A DNA stretch of 64,000 nt from Ascidiella aspersa (taxonomy: Eukaryota): contig OZ004607.1 of the NCBI GenBank assembly GCA_963924565.1, positions 23,622,001-23,686,000 of the forward strand, in the 5' to 3' direction. Shown piece after piece: positions 35,801 to 47,800 of this stretch. The position numbers and the translations under genes are program-made. The notes under the pieces are model-generated. The model saw only the letters and a list, made by a program, of their open reading frames with translations, had not been told where the DNA came from and did not search any database. Position 1 is the stretch's first letter. Each line of letters opens with the position of its first letter.

Positions 35801-38800
35801 GCGAAAAAAAACACGACAAATTACCGAACACGATGCATTTGACGTTGGCGTTAGTGCCAGCGCCACGGACGTTGCTGGTCTTCACGTTCAACTTGTAAGT
35901 CGTCTTATTCATCACAGCTCTTCCTCTCACCGAAGCCGAGAACTCCCGGCTGGTTTGCCGATCTCCCATCGATTTGGAAAGCCATGCTTGACAAGGGAAG
36001 ACGGTCACCTTGCCGGAGTCCGTGTTGCGGAGTTCGACCTGGTGCAAAAGCGAAATTGCTTCTTTAAATTAACAGTTGTAACGCAATAATCCTGCGAACA
36101 CGCCCCTTTTTTTAAATATGCAATCGTGTTACAAATAGACACAGGGAAAACTATCTGATTAGCGATACCGTCACATTCTGAAGACGGATACAAAACAGTC
36201 CAATCATACATTTATTTGTTCATTATATGGCCGAAAATTTATTTTCGGGACATAACTTGTTTTTGCCGTTAAATGTAACAGACTGATTTTTGTATACAAA
36301 AAGTATACATCGTAGAATTCTCAAATATTCAGATAAGACGTAGATTGGTATGTAGGTGTGCATAACATGTATGTGTCTGTACCCCTAGCGACTTTCGATT
36401 GGCGGACAAAAAACCTAAAATATTATGACGTCATCGTTTTAGCTCTCTGCAGCTATCGACTCCCATCTGTAGGAAAACTTCAATAAAGAATTCGGTTATA
36501 GTGGCTTGTTCCATTTTGTTTTTTAACTGGTAAACATTAAAACAACAACACTACCACCAATACAGACACAAGTCGCGGTTTGCAATATTGCTAAAATCCT
36601 TACCTTTTCACAATACCAATCCGATCTTTGACCCTTAGAATCGTGGGATAACCTGATCATGATGGGATCGATATTATCCAACTCGATATTGACGACATCC
36701 CTTGATCCCCGCTCAAGGAGGATTCCTTCTTCCTCCGACTTTCGGATCAGAATGTCCGGAGCGTTGCCCTTGGCTCCGTAGATGTTCAACTTGATGACGC
36801 AGTCTGGTGTGCAACGTAATATTAATACACGAAAATGCGCAGGTGAAATAAACATTTAGGAAAACTGAAGTCTGCTCTTCAGTTAGTGTTAATATAGTTA
36901 TTAGGTATGTTAACATTCACAGTGAGTTTACTAAAGCGCATTTTGATATAAGTGCTTTATGACCTATTTAAATGTGTAAGCATTCTATTACTTGCAGTCA
37001 AACGGTCAAAGGTCACTGAGCACATGATGCCTTGACATTGCAGTTGGTGTTAAGGCAGTTGGTCTTAGGACCTTGTCGCGGTAGGAGCTCATATTGTCAG
37101 TTACTTATAAGTGCTTAGCGATTAAGTTTAACTTGCAATGATGCTGTTACCGTGTTAATAACATTGTTTTGATTCATTCGAATTAAGGAACCCATTTGTT
37201 TAAGCTATTGCATGTTTTAATAAATTCCTGTACGTGTACACTGATAAAGACTTCAGTATCGGATCGGATCCATTAGTTTTCAAGGTACATTTAGGTAAAA
37301 ACAATTTATATTAAAGTGTGTAATTTAGTAACCATTCAAAAGTATAGTCTGATAAAATTAAACTCAACGATAACCTACAATAAATAATTTACTATTTCAT
37401 AAACGAGTTTATATCTTAAACGAAAAAGCACAAACTACAACAACGTAATTCCAGTAGAGATAAACTAATGATTAAAATGTGTTTTTATTTTGTTTGCGAA
37501 ATATAATGACCTGTTCCTGCGTTGGGTTTATCCCCTGTGTGGAGGGTGACCTGGTACGGCGTCTTTGCACTGTAATTTATCACTTCCGCATCCTCGACGT
37601 ACAAAATGCGCGTGGTTAGTCCGTCTTCCCGGTCCCTATAAAAAAGTGCCAAGTTTCCATTTTTTTCAACTTTACTTTTTGAAGGTCAAATAAATGTATT
37701 AAGCTACTGTGATTAGTTGACATTGTCAGGTAAAATGGCAAATCTAAGTAGCTGTCACTATAAACTTTTCCAATAAAATCTTATTTGTCACAACTTTACC
37801 TTGCAAACCACTTGCGACAAACAAAGGAGTAACTTTTTCCGATCGTAGGCTGGTCAATCATAACTTCTTCCACAAACCACCTGCTGTCCACCCCCACGTG
37901 CCCCAGCTGTTTCATAAAAAAATAGTACAGTCAGCATGTCGAAGACAAGGAGCGTATATTAACAAAATATTACAAGTAATAATAACATTTGCATATCACG
38001 ATAGCGTTCGTAAGCTTTACTTCAAATATAGCACACCATTTTTTTTTAGAATCTGAAAACAACGCGATAAAGGAAATGCTTTTATCTACAAGATAATCCA
38101 AAATGAGATAATACATGCTAAAAGCATTTAACACACATGTCCTTACCTCAACTTTTTTAATAGGCCCGACGTCAATTGCTTCAACGTTAAAGGTTTCTAC
38201 AGTTCCTTTCTTAAACTTCTTCGCAGCAGGTTCAAGAGGTATTCTTTGTAAAACAAGATAACGCGTTGGTTATACAAACGACAAAATCTACAACGTATTT
38301 TGCAAAATATGATGATAATTTAGTGGCTCGCTACCTCCTAGTTACTTTTCCTTTCTTGCTGGATCCGTGGATCTTAAGAAAAGCACTTGCGTCACATCCG
38401 CTTCCTTGCTCTGAACCTGTGCGGATTTTCACCAAGTACGGAATCGCTGAAAGAGACAGGAAATGTCAAAATAAATCACCTAGCCCATTTTCTAGCTAAC
38501 AACCCTGTAGGTTGAACGTCACAATGGCCAGTATCCCCAAACAGTTGATTTAAAATCGAACATTCTCAAACTTTCTTAAAATTTAAAAAGAAAAATAATC
38601 GGGTGCCTATAGTTGATAAATGACCTTTATGGTAAAAACGGTTGTGCTAACAAACGTTTTATTATTTGGTTTGGTTTAAATAAAATTGGGCAACTGTTCA
38701 TTTAAAAAGGTACAAAAACTGGCCAGTTAATGCAGTCGCCCGGCCCCCTTTTTGCCTATGTGATAATGCCACAAAATCTGAATGGTGGTTAAAGCAAAAC

Positions 38801-41800
38801 TTCAAGGTTAAAATCAGAAGCTGGGCAATTTTATAGATGTCTGTTATAATCAACCCTTCAACCTACTTGGGCCCTCCGGAATGGTCTCGGACATGATTAA
38901 TTTCTTTCCAAGACTGCTGGCGCTTTTAGCAGTCATTAAGCTGCGCTTTGTGGAGGTTTCGCCGTCGTACCCAACCACGTAAAGACTCCTGCGGGTAAAA
39001 TGGTTCATATATTTATATTCGATTAATCAATTTCAATATAAAATACGAGACTATATCACAAAAATGTTTTTGTCAGCGACACTATAATGTATTCGATTGG
39101 CGGCCCAAAATGTAATAAAATTTAAAAAAAACACACACAATATATAACAGACACACTGTTAATGGGTTACATTCCAATTTGATAAAGTAAATCAAATGCT
39201 TCGAAATCTAAAAATAACTGTAACCTCTGTGATAAGTATCTGACAAAACATGGTTTTATTATCTACAATAAATGAAGTTATTTCTTCCGAGAAAATAACT
39301 TTATTTTGCGCATAGTTGTTCACTAACGTTTTACATAAATATATTGCAAAAAATACATTTAAATATTCCAATTTAAAACAAACAAAAACACAAGTAATAT
39401 TTTTAGACTAAAGTTGAGTAACTATTAAAGATCCATCCACCTACCAGTGGATATTTTAAGTGTTAAGCAACAGCAAAAACGAAACTAAATGGCGAATCAC
39501 ATCGTATTACGTGTCTTGGTACTCACCTCATAATCTTTCCATCATCCTTCCCCTTGGCGAGCCACCTCTCGCAATGGAAGACGAACCTCTCGTTGGTCTC
39601 CATGTCCTCCACTTCCACGCGATCCAGGAACCAGGACGGGTTGAGGAGAGCGTTGTCGTGGCGAATGTGAACCTTGTAGATCTTGCCTAGATCCACCGCC
39701 TCCAGATTAAATATATCCTCCTATAAAGATGATGAAATTAAGTGCCTTGCAGCTAAAACAGAACAGAACTGATTTTACGCCCTTAAAGTTGCATCCATTA
39801 AATAAGTGACTAAATCTTAGGGTTTTTGCCTTTTATAATTTGTAAAAACTGAGACATATCATTAAAAAAAAATATGTCCTGAAATGTGTCAAATACAGTT
39901 TACGCTCTTGTCCCACCTTTCCACGCTCAAACTTATCGCTGTTAGTTTCCGACTTGAGCAGTTTCCTTTCGCCAGTGTCCCCGTTATCTCCGAACATCGT
40001 GATGTAAACGTTTGCGTCAGTGCCAGCATTGAATACGTCACCGGTGAAGACGTGCACGCGATACTTCTGACCTGAGATGCAATTCGAGTTGAAGCAATGA
40101 GTGTAGACAGATATTGTCGTTAAATATTAGAGAAAATAACAGATTTTCTTAAGAATCATGATCAAAGATTTAAATGCAAGTAAACTGAGCCATAATATCA
40201 AGTGCAGCGGAAAATCGTGGACTAGTTGCAATCCTAAAATCACGGATCGGAGCCGATACCCGATCCCATCGGTACTCGTACAAGTATCGGCGCCGATCTG
40301 ATATCACATTTCTATAGGAATTTCGGCCAAAGTTTGCGATATCGTGCAAGGTAATTTTTCAAAATATATAGTAGGTTAACACCTGGAGTTAATTGAACTT
40401 GTTAACGCTTAAGAATTTTTGGACAAACACCTGAAAAAAATATCTTTGATTTGATCAATTTCATTCATTTTGCTTGTTTTAGAATAGTAATGATGTCATT
40501 TACGGCAAAAGAATATCCAGTAGCGTAAATATATAGTTGCAAGTATAAATGATGTGCATACGCGTAACAAAAGTGGATATATACGAAAACTTTCTATGAA
40601 ACGCTTTAGTAAAAATAATTGCGCAAATATGTGTGAATTTATTAAAGTGGTGTTAATATTTAAAAGCAATATACTATAGTACTTTCCCGAGTTTGTAAAA
40701 TCAACAATTTAAAACGATTGCTTATCGAAGGCAATGAATCTACGCAAGATATTTTACTAATTATCATTTTACCAAATAAATATTTGTTCTAAGCGATAGA
40801 ACAAGCAAAAGCTATAATGCTTCTGAACTTATTTTGTTGTTTAAAGCAGCTCTAATCTAAATACAGTACATGCCAGTATTGCAAATTCAGCTTTTATAGA
40901 AGTGAACAATGAAAAGATGGCATATTTTCGTAAAATTAGGTGCGTGAGCCAAACAAAGGTGAAATTGTTTGTTTCAGATTTAAGGCAAAATATTAATTGA
41001 TGATGAACAAAAAACTTGCAAGGACAAGTAAATTATAATAACTGATGCAAAATGTTAATAATATTGCTTGCGAAACGGTTAGACATACACCACACGCACA
41101 ATACGACATAAACAGCCGAGCGCTAGCCAATCCCAAATAAAGCACCACCAGCGAACATGTTAATCATAAAAAATGATTATTGATTACAAAATCATTCATT
41201 ATGTAGTTTATCCATGCAGATATAATATGAGGTCTTTAGCAGTTTAAATTGCGACACACATATAATATTAAACTAAATGTACACTAAAATGTATATTTTA
41301 CAATATAAACCTGACCCAAAGCATTCGTACCATGTAATTAATAATCGTTTCGATTATTATATTATTACTGCATTGCGAGTTTTGCGGTTTCCAAAACATA
41401 CAAATAATAAAGCGCATCGAATTAAGAAAACGCCACAATAATTTGAATTGTTTTATTAATTAAACGTAAAATGCAAGAACCTCCCAAGGCTGCATGCAGC
41501 AGTAAGCCTTGGCAGCTTGACACCAACTAGCGTAAAACATTTACCTTGACACCGACTAATATGAAAGGCAACATGATGACATCAAACATGACGCACTAAT
41601 GCCATATGCTGCAACGAACCTCTGACGAAATCATCACGGATCCAGATCAATCTTTCAAGAAGGTTCAAAAGACAATTTAGCGAAATAAACAAAATACTAC
41701 GTCCCTGCTGATTGCAAAGATACCGTAAAAACCATTGCACTGCACAAAACTAATCATATACGAAAAAATATACATGGAAATAAGGCAAATTAAATGAGCA

Positions 41801-44800
41801 ATAAGAAAAAAAATTAAGAATAAATTATATTTTGAAAAATAGTCGGAATGATTAGACAAACTAAGAACACACACTAAAAGGCAGCATAATTCAAAAGTAT
41901 TGGGGTAAATACAACAACAAAAGTTAAAAAAAACTATAGTTAGTAGTCACGATTATTAGACGATGTGCGTTAAATTTATACATAAAAGGCACCTAGTTTT
42001 GAAGAATTAAAGAACATAACCCTAAGATAATATCCTGAAGCCATAAGACGATATTAGAAAATTATTTTTGCTGTTTAGTAGGCAACAAGCGGTAACTTAG
42101 TTATTCTCTATCTCTTCGGGTATCGATTCCTCATCGTCGACAACATGTTGTTGTTGCCTCTCGTCGGCGTTTAAACTTTTATCGAAGGCAGGATATACGT
42201 AGTTACCGGGATCTGCCTCATCTACAACGCTGTTACTTTCGTTACGCCCGTCGTCATCTTTTTGTTTAACTGGATATTCGTCCTCTTCACTCCCTAAAGT
42301 CTGATTAGTTGTATAAAGATTATTTTCTTCCTCCTTGGGTTCCACAAGAGTATAATCATTATCCTCCTGCACTTGCTCGGAAAAGTCTTCCTCGTCAACA
42401 GAATCATTAGTATCCTTCTCAAAAGCTTCAATAATTGCATTTTGTCCATTCTCGCTTTCTTCTGATCTTGGATATTGCGCATCACAGTCAACTTGAGAAC
42501 TTTTATCCATTTCTTTTTCATTCGACGACGACGACGACGATGATGATAATGATGACGATGATGAACTGGTGGAGGAGCGTGACCTGTCTGCTCGACATCC
42601 GGGCGTACAAAAATTAATATTAAGAAAATACACCTGTTACAATAGTCGCGTCGTCATAGTTTTGGTAAACCGGTCTCATTTCAATTTAGTTTTTGTTTTT
42701 AAACGTTTTTTTTTCTGAACCATCTTTATAAAGTTCCTTTCTCTTATAGCAACAAACTTGATTTATGAGAATGGCCCAAGTGAAAATGTTTCATGTCTTC
42801 TCGGCCTATATATTTTGGTCTAATTTACTAATTGAATAAGTCTTACAACACAGCCATGTTTGGGTACGGTAGGTATTTCAAAGACAGCTATGTCTCAAGC
42901 AAATTAAATTTGTTTGACATTAGCTCCATCTTACCCGCCCAAGCCTCTCAAGTCGCCCGCTAAACTTAATACATTTTTGTATTAACTTATGTAAAAAGTA
43001 GCACAGCAATACATGTTTAGACCGTCTTGATATGTTTGGTATTCTGATTTCATTATAGATTATACGGTAGTTTTTACATGCGCCGATGTTAGCAATATGA
43101 TATCTAAATGTAAAATTTTGTCTTCTTAATATATTTCATCGCGAAGGAAACTTTTAAAGTACGATATTTTGCCTTTAAGTATAGCAAGTAATAATCAATA
43201 ATAATAAACCGATCTATCTTAAACTTTATGTGTATCAAGTAGTTTGAGAGTTGCCGAAATATAATATTAAACGTTAATATATAACAACTCGTGCTCCAAT
43301 GTATAAAAGAGAAAAATGGCAAACCAAGAGGCCTTTTTTACCTTTAGACATTTTTAACAAGTTTTCCTTTAACATGAATCTAATGTTGCCACTATATTAG
43401 CTATATTGTGGTATTGATCGCAAAAAGACACAAAGATACTTTAGTATGGCTATGAATATAAAAACAATATTGAAACATAATTCATTTTAAGCAATGTGTC
43501 GCGTTTGAGAGTATTTCATTAAAAGCGGAGGACTAACATCTGATTTATATAACGGGGTGGGTCAGCAGGACATGGCTACCCAAAAACTATATTTTGGGCG
43601 ATTTTTATTATGTATAATATGCATTTTTTGCGCTTCGCTTGAACTTTTTTGCGTTTTTAATATATTTTTTTTGTTTAGGTTATATCGAATTATATTCAAA
43701 CCTCTTCAGCCCATTTTGAGCCATGTTTTGCCAATTTGTGCCCAATGTTTATAGTTGTTTTTCTTGTTACTTAACGTTAGACGTAACGGCCACCCAAACG
43801 AAAATCTGCCCCTATATGTTACTAATTTTTAGCGCAAATTTAGCCCTTCACTTAATGGACGCCTGTTGTCTAAATTAATCGCGAAGTACTCCCATAGTCA
43901 ACCTACTCCTTAGGCTGTCTTCCAGTCGGGATTCTGTTCTCTTGAGCTTTCCGCTCTTCAACATCTTCTCTTGAACAAGTTGAGTTGGAACCAGCTCGCG
44001 AACGATCTCACCGTCATCCTCATCACGAGCCAACCATCTCCCGCATGAGAACAAGTAAGTTTCCGACGACTACATCAGATAAAGCAAAGAATAAGCATGT
44101 GCCGAAACCATGTAAACGCAATTTCACTGGATAAAACATAGCAATACGTTTGATACTGAAGTTCAAAGAACAGTGATAATTATCAAACTATAGGAGACGT
44201 TGAACACTATACTGTGCCTAGAAAGATTGCCGCGGAATTGTTTAGCAATTTTGAAAATATCCTAAGTGTGTAACAAATAGGCATGCGACCAAGCATACCA
44301 GACTTTATTTACGATATCAATGCGATAACTGATAGTAATAATCTATTTCCTACTGCTTTGCCAAGTGTATAGGGTCAGTGCTAATTTACATTTGTATGCT
44401 TTTGTAAAAAGTATACCAAGTATTCGATTTGATTTTCCTAGTATGCAGCAGGCTGAAAAATTTTCATAATCACTTCCACAGAGCCTTGTCATACAAAAGT
44501 GTTAAAATTGTAATACCAAGGCAATTCTAAAAATACTATGCAAGGTAAAAAAACAACTGTAATAGCTACAGCATATCCCACCTTTGTTCCTCCCAACAAT
44601 CTCTTCACTTGAACCTTATCAAGGTGCCAGCCCGCTCCCCAGCCTTTGCCGTCGTGGCCGATACGGAGCTTCTCGATTGTTTCACCGATGTCATCCAGCT
44701 CCACGACGAACTTGAAAAAGAAAAAAAAAATTACTAACGAGTGTCATTGTTTAATTGCTCTGGAGGGTGCAATAAAGTCGGTTTGGGGCTAAAAAGGGTG

Positions 44801-47800
44801 CAAGTCAGTTTGAGGCTAAATTAAAACTGAGGATTTGTTGCACCACTTGTTTAATATAAATAAATAGTTTAAATTGAGTTTTACAATGCGACACTAAATT
44901 CTCAAGGCTTTTTTAAGGCTTTCATGATCTCGCTCTACTTAGTAAGCCAGAATTCTCAACGCGTTTAACTTTTGCTTTTATTTAAACAAGTGTTAGTTAA
45001 TTCGAAAGAATAAAATTAAGTGTTAGTTTATTTGAAAGAATAATATCCACTAAATAATATTAAAAATAAAAGACCAAATCAAAATTCAATGAGATTTTTT
45101 GTATTGGCCACGAAAATTTCGATGCGTTATGCAAATGTGCTGAAAAGTGTTTTGAAACTTACTCGAGTACTACAGAGAAGATCAATGTATTTAGTCTAAC
45201 ACCGGTCCGTTATTTGTAAAGTTTACCAATCAAAGCTAAGATGAATGCCTTCGATAAAAAAGTAACTTTGTGATGTGCTTTAAGCTAAAGGCGAGTTCTA
45301 CATTCAATAAATCTCGTAATTTCGTGCTTTTTTGAAACGCTAAAGACTGTGTAGTCATTTTGTAATAAGTTGCGTTTGTAAGAAAACAAAAGTAAGGTAA
45401 GTTAAAATAAGGAAAATTGTAAACTTTTGGTTTATAAAAAATGCCTCAAGTTATAAGGTTTAAACGGATGAGTCGGGATAGTAATATTAAGGATTTTTTG
45501 TGAATATTCATTATAAAGTTGAACCGTTTTAGAAGATAAAAAACTCCGGTCAGTTCAATTATAAAAGTGTTCAAAGTAGACTACCCAAACCAATGTATTC
45601 TATAATATTAGGTTCCTAATCTGGAATAACGAATCCTAGTAAATTTTATATAATTCTAAATTTAAATTCTAATTTATAAGGTATACCGTTTGGTGGAAAA
45701 AAATGCCAATTAATGCATTTTGCAACAAAAAAATTGCCACTGGTTAAAATTTTAAACTATGGTCATTTGAAGACATGTATATAATTTTTGTTAAACTGCC
45801 TTGATTTTGTTTGGGTTAGGGATTATTCTTAATATACCCTACAGCTACAGGGCCCACAGTCACAGGAACAAATTGCAAAACAATTTCCTATCATGCGTAT
45901 ATTGTAATAAAAAAAACCTCTTGAATGTTGAACATTTTTTACAACTGCCATTAGAAGCAGTTGTGTTTAATGTTTTGCCAATATAGTGAGTACAATGCAA
46001 CACCACACAATGAACTCTTCAATTCGGTCATGTATATTAAAACATTGCTGTTTTTCAGTTTAACTTTTTTTACTAAAGTGATTTGTTAGGCAGTAAAATA
46101 ATGTAGCCTACTGCAAAGAATACAACATACTATTGCCATAACCAAAACTTGACAATTACGTAATGCATAACCTCGCTGAATTGGCATGAAGTTGACCTTA
46201 GGTAACCCTGTAGCGTATTTTGTCCAAGGCAAGCACATTTAACTATGGAATGTTGCTTTGGCAACTTCACGCAGTTAAGAAATTTCTGAACTCTGAACCT
46301 GGCGTTACACGTTAGTCGCTCCCCTAAAACGCTTGATTGACACTTAATTATTAGACGAACGTTATCGCGAGACGCGTAATTGGTCGCCCGAAAAACGCTG
46401 ACACTGCACTACCAGGTTTCATTTAAAGCAAGCATTATGAACGTGTCGCCGCAGCGACAGGCCTTTATCTATACACTTGCCAATAGCGTTTGTACAATTA
46501 GACGCAATCGTCGGCGGTAAAACATTAAATTATATAGGTCCAATACCCCGAAATAAACGGCAGAATTGGATACGAATCTCATTTGGATTCGGAACTAATG
46601 ATTCGATATTGTACTTTGAACATCCCTAGTCATAACTTAAAAAACAACAAACAAAGGCATGATACTAATACCAGGTTATTGCCCAACATTAATATTTTGT
46701 CCATAAAGTGCAAGTAAAACACAGTATACTCTTCACAAATTATATCTGTTATGTATAACATCATTGTGTATTAGTTGGACTTTATTACAAACGTGCAGAG
46801 AATACTGGTTACAACAGCCAGCAATGCTTTACCATCGCTTGACAATTACGATGTGTCTAAGCTTACTGGATATTGGCCTACGGTTGACCTTGAATAAACC
46901 CGTAGCGTATTTTATACGAGGCCAGCGCGTTTGACGATCTCTGGACCTAGATTACACATAGGCCGTTAGCCCAATAATAACTGATTGACACTCCATAATG
47001 ACTATGCAAAGGTTAACGTCAAATAATTGGTTGTCCGAAAAAACGCTGGCAGCAATCGCATGACAACAGTCAAAGCAAGGGCCCTAAATGTTTCCACATA
47101 CAGACCTTATCCAAAATTTTACTTGCCCATTTACAATTAGGCACAACCAAAGAAAAAAAACAGCTGAAGAGAAAAAGATTCGGCACAACGAAAAAGGTTC
47201 GGAAAAAAGAAAAAAGACTCGGCGACACAGAGATATCCGGTGTGGCAATTATTCGTCGTTGTATTAACGCCGCATAGCTGCTGTTTTAAGTATGCCTGGA
47301 GCAAAAAGCACCTCAGCTGTGTGGCAGTACTTTAAAGTCAATCCCACAGATAGTAGCAAAGCAATATGTTCACTTTGTCCAGCAGTGATAAGCCGTGGAA
47401 GAAGCAGCTCGACATATACGACATCCTCTCTTAGAAAACATTTAACTAGACATAGCATTAAATTGGAAAATAGTGTTTTGAATGCTGCTACTTTGCAATC
47501 ACCAGGAGCACACCATTTCCCATTAAAAAGAAAGCGGCGCAAAAGAGGTGGCTTACTTAAAGACTGCGCCAAACGTCAGTGCACGAAGCCCGAGAAATCG
47601 GATACAAACGAGTTAAATAAGCGTATTGGAGAAATGCTAGCGTTGGAGTATCTGCCGCCGTCATTTATCGAGCACGTCGGCTTTAAGCGAGTAATTGCCA
47701 AGATGCAGCCAGCCTACAATTTACCCTCAAAGGCACATTTTGCTGAAATTGTTTTTCCTGACTTGTACAATAGTGTTCAATGCAAACTGAAGGCCCAATT

